DNA of 56,667 nt. It comes from an uncultured Planctomycetales bacterium. Its GTDB lineage: Bacteria > 4484-113. The translations under genes and the position numbers were made by a program. The stretch covers positions 1 through 56,667 of the forward strand of contig CAZKNJ010000011.1 of the NCBI GenBank assembly GCA_964554185.1. The letters are read 5' to 3'. The notes beneath the pieces were generated by a model. It ran no database searches. It had not been told where the DNA came from and saw only the letters and a list, made by a program, of their open reading frames with translations. This document shows positions 49,288 to 56,667 of this stretch, one piece after another (position 1 is the stretch's first letter; each line of letters begins with the position of its first letter).

Positions 49288-50037
49288 CTAAACCCGGTTG
49301 TTCACCAGTTCTCCCGAGTTCAGAGTCCTCAAATCGTCTTTCGTGTAGATCGTCCGGTCAGGCACCGCGACATCTTCCACCACCCCGCCGTCGTGGAAGC
49401 GGATGATGCGCGAGGCGTGGTCGGCGATGAATTGCTCATGCGTCACCACAATCACCGTAATACCGGATTCGCTCAGGCGCTGGAAGAGCTTCATTATCTC
49501 GCTGCCGCTTTTGCTGTCCAGGTTGCCTGTCGGCTCGTCCGCTAGGATGATGGAAGGCTCGTTGACGATGGCGCGGGCGATGGCAACCTTCTGCTGCTGG
49601 CCGCCGGAAAGCTCGTTGCTCTTGTGCTGCATCCGGTCGGCTAGCCCGACCACGCTCAGCGCGCGCGTGGCTTTTTCCCGCCGACGGCCGCCCTTGGGCG
49701 AGTAGATCAGCGGAAGCTCCACATTCTCCAGCGCGGTAGTGCGCGGCAGGAGGTTGAATGTCTGAAAGACGAAGCCAATGCGCTCGTTGCGGATGTGGGC
49801 GAGCTGAACGTCTGTAAGCTTGGTCACATCCTGCCCGCCCAAGCTGTAGACGCCTCGTGTCGGACGGTCGAGGCAGCCCATAATATTCATCACGGTGGAC
49901 TTGCCGGAGCCCGACGGCCCCATTATCGCCACGTACTCATTCTCGTCGATGGAAAAGGAGACCTCCCTCAAGGCGTGCACCTGGTGCTTGCCCATTTCGT
50001 AGATTTTGGAGACGTTGTCGAGTTCAATTAGCGCCAT
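49288..50037 (-). CDS. MacB/LolD-type ABC transporter ATPase
   Basis: [26 protein letters not shown] and VTHE motifs. Confidence 0.93.
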   Translation of the reverse strand: MALIELDNVSKIYEMGKHQVHALREVSFSIDENEYVAIMGPSGSGKSTVMNIMGCLDRPTRGVYSLGGQDVTKLTDVQLAHIRNERIGFVFQTFNLLPRTTALENVELPLIYSPKGGRRREKATRALSVVGLADRMQHKSNELSGGQQQKVAIARAIVNEPSIILADEPTGNLDSKSGSEIMKLFQRLSESGITVIVVTHEQFIADHASRIIRFHDGGVVEDVAVPDRTIYTKDDLRTLNSGELVNNRV

Positions 50038-50054
50038 AGAAGCCTGTACCCGCT

Positions 50055-51644
50055 TTAAATCTCACCGGCGGCCATGAGGATCTGTAAGTACGTTGTCTGG
50101 TAGGAAACCTGCGCGCTCAAGAGCGACAGCTCCGCCTCCAACAGTGATTCCTGAGCCTGTATCACGTCAAGAGTATCCGCCAACCCGACGCGGTTGCGCT
50201 CAACCTGAATCTCGTAGTTCTCACGGGCGACCTCCACGTTGCTCTCCGCGAGGTCCAGCTGCGCTTGCTTGCTGGCAAGATCGCGGAAAGACGCTTCCCA
50301 GTCTTGGCGCAACTGCTGTACCGTTTTCTCCATCTCGGCCTGGGAAATCGCCAAGTCTTGCTCTCCCTGCGCCAGCCGCGCCTTATAGGCGCGCTTGTGC
50401 CATGGAAGCGTGTAGGTCAGGGTAAGCGCGTAGCTCTCGTTATCCAGGTTACGCATGGCGCTGCCGGCGGTCGCATCCTCGCCCTCGCGACTGTAATCCA
50501 GAGCGAGGTCAAGGTCGGGGCGCAGCTCGCCGCGGTTTCGCGCCTGCTGCAGCTCGGCGTTGCGCAGGTTCATCTCCGCCTGCCGCAGGCTAGCCGAGGC
50601 GTTGCGCACGAGCTCCCAATCAGCACCTACATCAAGCTGCACGGGCTGTGGCGAGATACCCACCCCCGGGTCAATGTCCAGCGGCTGGTTGACGCCCAGC
50701 AGCACCGCTAGGCCATCCAGCGAATCCAGATAGCCTTTCTGCTCATCGATGAGGCGCGTCTTCTGGTTGAGGACGTTGTTCTCCGCCTGCAACACATCTG
50801 CCCGGATGGAAAGCCCGACCTTATGGCGCTCGCTGTTGCGCTCGTGAAGTTTGAGCGCCGCTTCCAGGTTTGCCTCCCGTACTTCCAGCGCTTTGCGCTG
50901 CGCGACCAGAGAGTAGTACTGCGAGTAGACTTGGTAGCGCAGGCTCCGCTGAGTTTCGTCGAGCAGCAGCTCGCGGTATGAGAGTGTGTTACGAGTCTGG
51001 CGCACGCCATACCAATTAGAATCGGTGCCATATCCGCGGCCCAGAGGGTGTACCCAACGGAAGCCAACGTCGCCGGAGTAGGACTTGGGCACGGAGGATG
51101 TGCTGCCTACTACGGAGACTTCAGAACGGGCAAGCTGGTGGCTCAGACTGAAGTTGTCGCCGGTCGGGAAGGTCTCACTCAGGCTGACGGAATAGAACGC
51201 GCTCTTTGAGGTGGACACGTTGCTGGAGGTCAGAGCGCTAACGCTGCCGCGCTCGGCTGAGCGGTAGCCGCCCGTGATCGAGAGCGCAGGGTCAAACGGT
51301 GAGAGCGTAAGATCCAGATCGTACCGCGCCCGTTCAAATGACGCCTCGGCGGTGCGGGCGTCGTAGCCCTCTTTGGTCACCAGCGCCAAGGCCTCTTCCA
51401 GACCGACGATGTACCTGCCGGAAAGGTCCAGTTGGGAAACACCGTAATCGGCGGAGGAAGCCGTCTCCCTGGGAGCCTTATCCACCGCCTCGGACGCGAT
51501 GGGAGGAGCTTCCTCGCTCAACTCGGCCTCGGCGGAAGTGTTGATCTCAATGGCGTTGTCATCCGCGAGAGAAACCGTGGCGAACAGAAGTAAAACCAAT
51601 ATTGCGAACGCGAAAACTCGTGTGGAAGCAGCCATGTATTTCAT
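50055..51644 (-). CDS. TolC-family outer-membrane efflux protein
   Basis: Signal peptide, repeated helical halves, [15 protein letters not shown] motif. Confidence 0.85.
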   Translation of the reverse strand: MKYMAASTRVFAFAILVLLLFATVSLADDNAIEINTSAEAELSEEAPPIASEAVDKAPRETASSADYGVSQLDLSGRYIVGLEEALALVTKEGYDARTAEASFERARYDLDLTLSPFDPALSITGGYRSAERGSVSALTSSNVSTSKSAFYSVSLSETFPTGDNFSLSHQLARSEVSVVGSTSSVPKSYSGDVGFRWVHPLGRGYGTDSNWYGVRQTRNTLSYRELLLDETQRSLRYQVYSQYYSLVAQRKALEVREANLEAALKLHERNSERHKVGLSIRADVLQAENNVLNQKTRLIDEQKGYLDSLDGLAVLLGVNQPLDIDPGVGISPQPVQLDVGADWELVRNASASLRQAEMNLRNAELQQARNRGELRPDLDLALDYSREGEDATAGSAMRNLDNESYALTLTYTLPWHKRAYKARLAQGEQDLAISQAEMEKTVQQLRQDWEASFRDLASKQAQLDLAESNVEVARENYEIQVERNRVGLADTLDVIQAQESLLEAELSLLSAQVSYQTTYLQILMAAGEI

Positions 51645-51687
51645 TTAGATGCAGCCGGAAGCGTATAAGTTCGCCCGGACTGCGAGA

Positions 51688-52533
51688 TTAGACGAAACTC
51701 CTGCTGCGAAGCTCCTCAAGGAAAGCCTGGTAAACCGGCTTTACCTGGTAAACTACCCCGAAGATAACACCAGCAAGCAGGATGACCGCGATCAGAAACG
51801 CGAAAAAGGCCTGCACCGGTGTAACATCCCCGCCTTGCGCCACCGCGATGATCATGTACACCACAGAGACAATCACCAGAACCACGCCTATCATTTCCGC
51901 CGCGCCCAGCGACGGAGAAGTCCCACCACCAACCAGGAAGGCGCCGATGAGCTTGAAGTAGAAGAATCCGACCACCACGCCGCACAGCATATACGCGTAC
52001 GCCAGCGTTGAGAGCATTATCTTTAGCGGACCCTGGTTGCCGAACAACTTGGTCAGCACCCAGAATAAGACGCCGCTCAGCAGCCACAGCAGTATCCACA
52101 GGAACCACAGCCAGAACACCAACGACTCGATTGTGTAATAGGCGTTCATCATCTTCTCAACGCCTTCATTGAACACGATGTCCTTATACGTTGGGTTGGA
52201 GTAGGACGCCAAGGTCTGGCCTATCTGGGCGTTGGCGAACTTGAGGTAACTGGCCGTTAAGGTGGCCTTCTGAACCAGCGCGAACAGCGAGAGGAACAGC
52301 CCGCCCACAAACACGAGCAGTAAGCTGAAGAAGATGTTGTCGTCACTGCCCATGTTGCGCAACGAGTAAGTGGGGGCGGTGATCGCGTAGAACGCGCTGC
52401 GGAAGAACGGCAATCCCATGGCAACAATGCACAGAACGATGCCTCCTACCAGAATCCACTTGAGGCTCTGGTCGGGGTCCGCCGCCAGGAGCAGTATCGC
52501 CGGCGATTGCCTGGTCAAGGTGAGCGCTATCAT
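51688..52533 (-). CDS. Yip1-like multi-pass membrane protein
   Basis: About 6 TM helices with a LTKLFG...LSTLAYA-type Yip1 core; recognised by pattern only. Confidence 0.6.
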   Translation of the reverse strand: MIALTLTRQSPAILLLAADPDQSLKWILVGGIVLCIVAMGLPFFRSAFYAITAPTYSLRNMGSDDNIFFSLLLVFVGGLFLSLFALVQKATLTASYLKFANAQIGQTLASYSNPTYKDIVFNEGVEKMMNAYYTIESLVFWLWFLWILLWLLSGVLFWVLTKLFGNQGPLKIMLSTLAYAYMLCGVVVGFFYFKLIGAFLVGGGTSPSLGAAEMIGVVLVIVSVVYMIIAVAQGGDVTPVQAFFAFLIAVILLAGVIFGVVYQVKPVYQAFLEELRSRSFV

Positions 52534-52546
52534 CGGTCCCCCATCA

Positions 52547-53521
52547 TCAGAATTTCACATTAATGATCTCGTATACATCCACCCGTTTAAGGCCGGAGTA
52601 GTTAATGACATAAGTCCCCGCCGCCATGTCGTGCAATCCTGCAGCGCGCGGGTGCACCAACGCCACTATTATACTAAACCCGAAGGTTGCCACCAAAACC
52701 GCAGCGCGAATCGCCGCCGCACCAATCCCTACGAAGTCACCGAACTGGCTTACAATCCGCAGATTCATCCAGCTCATGCCGAGCGACCGATTGGCAATAG
52801 CATATCCCCCGAAGAAGTAGAGGAAGTCCAGAATGAGCACCACGGGCAGAGGCTGGTACCGGAAAAGCGATGTCAAGACCATCTTGCTGCCCTCAATCAT
52901 ATTGCCCTCACCCAGCGAGATGACCGTGGGCACCGCGCCGCGGCTCAGGCCTGCGAGCAGAAAAGTGACAAGGAAGAATCCAACGAAATAGAGCAGGCGT
53001 GCAATAACTACGTCCAGCACATAGGCGATGATTCGCTTGAAGACATTGGCTACGCGGCCTTCCGAGTTGACACCGAAACCTCCCGGGTTGAACTCCGGGG
53101 GCGCGTCTGGCAGGAAGTCGCCCCTGTGGGCGTACGCCTTCTCACCCAGCTCAATGACCTCTTCTTCGGAGGGAGCATACGTCGCCTCGGCGCAGGTGCG
53201 GCACATCAGGCGGCCTTTCTTGATTACCAGGCAGTCATTGCAATAGTAGGCCGCGCAGACGGGACACTGCCCGATAGACACTGTCTCCGGGTGGTTGCGG
53301 CAATAAACAACTTGCTCGGCCGCATCCTGGGTTATGGCTTCGTCAATGTCTGGGACCGCCTCCCGGGCAGCCGGCTCCGGACGGAATGCGGCGGATGAGT
53401 CGTCGCCGAGTTCCTCGGGAGTTGTGAGCAAGCGCCAGAGATCAAACTCCTTCTTGCCCTCCTGGCCCGGGCTGTTAGAGTCTCCGGTGTCGCCGCGACG
53501 TTTGGAACGATCGTCCGCCAT
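52547..53521 (-). CDS. RDD-family membrane protein with an N-terminal B-box-like zinc finger
   Basis: CRNH..C..C...YC..C...C..C; KRIIAYVLD and GLHDMAAGT RDD motifs. Confidence 0.82.
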   Translation of the reverse strand: MADDRSKRRGDTGDSNSPGQEGKKEFDLWRLLTTPEELGDDSSAAFRPEPAAREAVPDIDEAITQDAAEQVVYCRNHPETVSIGQCPVCAAYYCNDCLVIKKGRLMCRTCAEATYAPSEEEVIELGEKAYAHRGDFLPDAPPEFNPGGFGVNSEGRVANVFKRIIAYVLDVVIARLLYFVGFFLVTFLLAGLSRGAVPTVISLGEGNMIEGSKMVLTSLFRYQPLPVVLILDFLYFFGGYAIANRSLGMSWMNLRIVSQFGDFVGIGAAAIRAAVLVATFGFSIIVALVHPRAAGLHDMAAGTYVINYSGLKRVDVYEIINVKF

Positions 53522-53525
53522 TTAC

Positions 53526-53792
53526 CTATAGGTTCTTCAGCCTCTCAGTTATCTGGGCCCGGGCCACTTCGTTCTTTTCCACTTTCAAGTAGGCTTCCCA
53601 CTGCTTCTTGGCCTTGTGCGCCCATCCGAGCTTCTCGTAGGCCAAAGCCAAGTACCGGTGGCCGGCAACGTAGTCAGGGTCGTGCCTGACCGCGAGCTTC
53701 CATTGCTCGGCCGCGCGCAGGAAGTCGCCACGGTTATAGTGGCTCATTCCCAAATCAAAATAGGCTTTCACCGTCGGATCCATATCCGCCAT
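53526..53792 (-). CDS. Small TPR protein
   Basis: YFDLGMSHY..GDFLRAAEQW..AV..DP TPR pattern; start moved to 53792 because the track start lies inside tRNA-Ala. Confidence 0.8.
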   Translation of the reverse strand: MADMDPTVKAYFDLGMSHYNRGDFLRAAEQWKLAVRHDPDYVAGHRYLALAYEKLGWAHKAKKQWEAYLKVEKNEVARAQITERLKNL

Positions 53793-53821
53793 CGCGCCAT
53801 CACCCCTCTGACCGTTTTCAC

Positions 53822-53894
53822 TGGAGGTGAACGGATTCGAACCGATGACCTTCTGCGTGCAAAGCAGATGCTCTGCCAACTGAGCTACACCCCC
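53822..53894 (-). tRNA. tRNA-Ala(UGC)
   Basis: Cloverleaf with G3:U70 and anticodon loop TT-TGC-AC; CCA not encoded. Confidence 0.96.
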
Positions 53895-53950
53895 GCAGTC
53901 CTATTCTAACACACGCCGTTGAGGGATAAGCCGTGCAGAAAGCGATTAAG

Positions 53951-54024
53951 TGGGTCGTCCAGGACTCGAACCTGGGACCTCATCCTTATCAGGGATGCGC
54001 TCTAACCACCTGAGCTAACGACCC
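53951..54024 (-). tRNA. tRNA-Ile(GAU)
   Basis: Cloverleaf with anticodon arm CATCC-CT-GAT-AA-GGATG; CCA not encoded. Confidence 0.96.
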
Positions 54025-54038
54025 GTGGTGGCGCTGGG

Positions 54039-54068
54039 AATATACCACCGCATTTCTTGGGCTGTCAA
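54039..54068 (-). promoter_or_regulatory. Promoter of the tRNA-Ile/tRNA-Ala unit
   Basis: TTGACA-N18-TATATT with extended TG and a GC-rich discriminator CCCAGCGCC. Confidence 0.8.
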
Positions 54069-54101
54069 TTGACTGAACCGCTGGTGTGACATAATGCTGC
54101 T

Positions 54102-54986
54102 ATGAGTTGGTGGGTGCGCCGCTGCCCGGCGAAGGTGAACCTGAGCCTGTCGATACTGGGCTACGACGAAGCCGCGCGGCTACATTACATTGACAGCGTG
54201 CTGGCAAAGATATCGCTTGAAGACGAACTGCGGATTTCGCCTTCTGCTAAGCCAGAGGTCACCGTGAGTTTCAGCGCCGAAGCTCCATGCGACGACATCG
54301 CCGACATTGATCCCGCGGCGAACACTCTTGCCCGGGCATACGCCGCGTTGGAGGCTGCCGCAGGTGCACCCCTGCCGGGATTGAAGGTGGAAGTGGTGAA
54401 ACGCATTCCGCCGGCGAGCGGGCTGGGCGGCGGCAGCAGTGATGCTGCTGGACTCCTACGCTTCTTCCAGGACTTCGCAGGGAACCGCACGCGCGATCTG
54501 CAATTGCCTGCCAGCATACACGGCCTCACTCACGCAGACTGGATGCGGCTCGCCGCCGAAGTAGGCGCGGATGTTCCGTCGTTCATGTACGACGGTGTCA
54601 CCAGAGTGCGCGGCCACGGAGAGCTGGCGGAGCCCATCGCTCTGGTGGGGCTGGAGAAGTGCAGGTGCCGGCTGATGCTGCCAGCAGCACGCCTGTCAAC
54701 CGCAGAGATGTACTCCCGCGTCAAGGAGTACTCCACCGAGAACCACACAGAAGTCTTTGTGCGTGCTTGGCTGCACGGCGACCCGGAAGCCGCGCTTCAG
54801 TCTGCCCGCAACGACTTCACGCCGCTCGTGCTCGGAGCCTGTGCCGAAGCTGCGGCAGCGTTTGATGAGCTAAGCGGCGAACAGCCACTGCTCTGCCAGG
54901 TATCCGGCAGCGGGAGCGCAGTGTTCTCGGTGTTGCCGCGAGAGGATGGGGAGCTTCCCGCGGGCTGCTACGACTTCTTGGTGTAA
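54102..54986 (+). CDS. ispE: 4-diphosphocytidyl-2-C-methyl-D-erythritol kinase
   Basis: PAKVNLSL, KRIPPASGLGGGSSDAA, GADVP and VSGSGS GHMP-kinase motifs. Confidence 0.88.
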   Translation: MSWWVRRCPAKVNLSLSILGYDEAARLHYIDSVLAKISLEDELRISPSAKPEVTVSFSAEAPCDDIADIDPAANTLARAYAALEAAAGAPLPGLKVEVVKRIPPASGLGGGSSDAAGLLRFFQDFAGNRTRDLQLPASIHGLTHADWMRLAAEVGADVPSFMYDGVTRVRGHGELAEPIALVGLEKCRCRLMLPAARLSTAEMYSRVKEYSTENHTEVFVRAWLHGDPEAALQSARNDFTPLVLGACAEAAAAFDELSGEQPLLCQVSGSGSAVFSVLPREDGELPAGCYDFLV

Positions 54987-55649
54987 TCAGGCCACTTTGT
55001 ATCCTGGCCTCCGCGCTGCCTTCGCTCTGCGTTCAATCTCGGCTACCCACTTCGCAGTCACTGCGATATCAGTTGACACTTGAAGCTCTGACACCATCGG
55101 CAAATCGCGCCGCCCCCAGGTGATACGCAGATGATCGAGCTTCGCCCCTTTGCGAGATGACAGATTGACGCTACGGAAATGCGGGAGGAAAGAAAGCAGG
55201 ATGATAGGCCAACCTACCGGATTATAGCAATGCGACCACTGTAGCCACCTGTGGCTTTCTGGTATGGCTCCGGCAGTCGGCGCGACACAGTGGATGAGCG
55301 CGTACGGAATGGCTATGGGCGGCTTCTTGTCTTTCCGCTGGAATACCAGGCCTTCTTCCAGCAGCCAAATGCGGCCCTTCCCAAAATGCTCGAAACCTCT
55401 TCCAACAACCGGCGCTGGCTTCAGGGCTCTCGCGCGCACACCCGGCATCCACGAACCCGAGTAACTCCCGCTGGCAAACCACTCCGATTGCTCGTTCTCG
55501 GTCCAAGCGGGATTGCGATCCGGCAATGCGTAGGCGCTGAGTTTCCGCGCCCGCCCTATTCCGGACCAATAGAAAGGCAAGTAGGCAAAGCCGCCCAGCG
55601 CCATCAAGCCAGCGGTCGCAACTTCAACCATCTTCCATTCGAATGCCAT
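54987..55649 (-). CDS. Unknown membrane-anchored protein, paralog 1 of a tandem trio
   Basis: N-terminal TM; GKGRIWL..IPYALI..ITWGRRDLP..KWVAEIERR motif shared with the two neighbours. Confidence 0.75.
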   Translation of the reverse strand: MAFEWKMVEVATAGLMALGGFAYLPFYWSGIGRARKLSAYALPDRNPAWTENEQSEWFASGSYSGSWMPGVRARALKPAPVVGRGFEHFGKGRIWLLEEGLVFQRKDKKPPIAIPYALIHCVAPTAGAIPESHRWLQWSHCYNPVGWPIILLSFLPHFRSVNLSSRKGAKLDHLRITWGRRDLPMVSELQVSTDIAVTAKWVAEIERRAKAARRPGYKVA

Positions 55650-55656
55650 AGCTTCA

Positions 55657-56238
55657 TCAAGCCTCCTTTTCCTGCAACTTGGCCTGCCAGACCCGCGCCC
55701 GGTGGGATATCTCCGCCGCCCACACGTCGGCAACTTTTCGCTTGAGTGAAACCTGCACTCCAGTCACTAATGGCAGCTCCTCACGCCCCCAGGTGATGCG
55801 GATAATGGGGCCCGGAATCCTCTTGCCACCAAAACCGCCGAAGCCCACGTCAACCTTGCGAATGAGCCCGAAGGGGATCACCAGCGGCTTGCGCGTGAGA
55901 TAGCGGCCAATCATCACGCATTCGGGGGAAAGCCAGATCTTGCCGTTGCCCTTTACCTCGTATCCCTTGCCGATAACCGGCATCCGCCCGAAGAAGAGAA
56001 AGCGCTCGTTAGCAAAGGCGGATCCCGCGTAGTATCCGCCAACTTTGCCGAACGCGGGATCATCCGGCGGCTGCTCCTCCGGCAGGAAGTCCGGTAGCGC
56101 GAGCTTGGAGAGCTTGACGCCCTTGCGTATGGCGACGAAAAGCGCCAACATGAAAGGCAGCAGGATAGCCGCCATGATTATGGGCACGATGATGTCCCAG
56201 TCGGGCTCGGTGACCAGCGCTATTAGAGTGCAAAGCAT
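55657..56238 (-). CDS. Unknown membrane-anchored protein, paralog 2
   Basis: N-terminal TM; GNGKIWL..IPFGLI..ITWGREELP..VWAAEISHR. Confidence 0.78.
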   Translation of the reverse strand: MLCTLIALVTEPDWDIIVPIIMAAILLPFMLALFVAIRKGVKLSKLALPDFLPEEQPPDDPAFGKVGGYYAGSAFANERFLFFGRMPVIGKGYEVKGNGKIWLSPECVMIGRYLTRKPLVIPFGLIRKVDVGFGGFGGKRIPGPIIRITWGREELPLVTGVQVSLKRKVADVWAAEISHRARVWQAKLQEKEA

Positions 56239-56259
56239 CAGGACGAGTATTCTCCTTGT

Positions 56260-56339
56260 TGGTGGGCCGGTTTCGTTTCGGGCTCTCCCGAGCTCATCAG
56301 CACAAAGGGATCAGAAGCCGTGGAACAGCCGCCCCACCA
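56260..56339 (-). ncRNA. Candidate type III hammerhead ribozyme
   Basis: Exact CUGAUGAG (56300-56293) and CGAAAC (56280-56275) core segments; stem II GCUC-GGGA-GAG; long stem III UGGUGGG/CCCACCA; stem I imperfect. Confidence 0.6.
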
Positions 56340-56377
56340 GCCTACCCCGCATTCTCTGATTGTGGCAAGCGCAAGCA

Positions 56378-56667
56378 TCACCGCGAGGCCTTCGTCTTGG
56401 CCTTCCACGCTGTCGTCCTGCGCGAGATTTCCTGCGCCCAGAGGTCGGTTTCCTGGCGCTTGCCGGAAATCTGGATAGTGGTCTCCATCGGCAGCTCGGG
56501 CCGTCCCCACACCACCTGCAGCCAGGGCTTGCCATCAACCTCCCGCCGGTTGATGGCGTGGATCAAGGCGTAGGGGATCACCGCCGGCGTGCGGCTAAGC
56601 GCCGGTGTGAAAGCAATCGCCTCGTTCGCCAGCCAGATGTTCCCGCCGCCGCGTTTCTCAAAGCCCT
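56378..56667 (-). CDS. Unknown protein, paralog 3; 5' end runs off the window
   Basis: Frame stays open to the edge: GFEKRGGGNIWL..IPYALI..VVWGRPELP..LWAQEISRR. Confidence 0.75.
   Translation of the reverse strand, partial: GFEKRGGGNIWLANEAIAFTPALSRTPAVIPYALIHAINRREVDGKPWLQVVWGRPELPMETTIQISGKRQETDLWAQEISRRTTAWKAKTKASR

Noticed and set aside
53793-53879. N-terminal extension of the TPR ORF in the track
   Set aside because: It lies inside tRNA-Ala and its trailer.
1-56667. CRISPR array, integrase, transposase or prophage
   Set aside because: No regularly spaced short repeats and no recognisable mobile-element proteins were seen, including beside the three tRNAs.

Overview
GC-rich bacterial chromosome segment. 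TolC, an O-antigen ligase and lipoproteins suggest a diderm; no taxon can be assigned from the sequence alone. Most of the window is housekeeping: purN/purH/purE, glnA, deoC/deoB, hypC/hypD/hypA, rpsT, comEC, tsaD, folE/folP, ftsH, htrA, dnaK-grpE-dnaJ-hspR-clp, trxA, surE, a surface-glycan locus, ispE and three tRNAs. No integrase, transposase or CRISPR array was seen. Main unexplained signals: (1) Two tandem surface-lipoprotein genes share a near-identical ~985-bp cohesin-like/dockerin-like N-terminal scaffold, followed by FN3 domains that diverge. The complete copy reads through an in-frame TGA, followed by a SECIS-like hairpin, into a thioredoxin-fold domain, so it is probably an exported selenoprotein. 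(2) A type III hammerhead-like ribozyme sits between genes of a tandem array of three related unknown membrane proteins. (3) A TRAP (mtrB) gene lies outside its usual Bacillus context. (4) Many genes have -10 boxes 6-8 nt before the start codon, suggesting leaderless mRNAs. (5) A structured RNA precedes trxA. All family assignments come from motifs recognised by eye, not from database searches.
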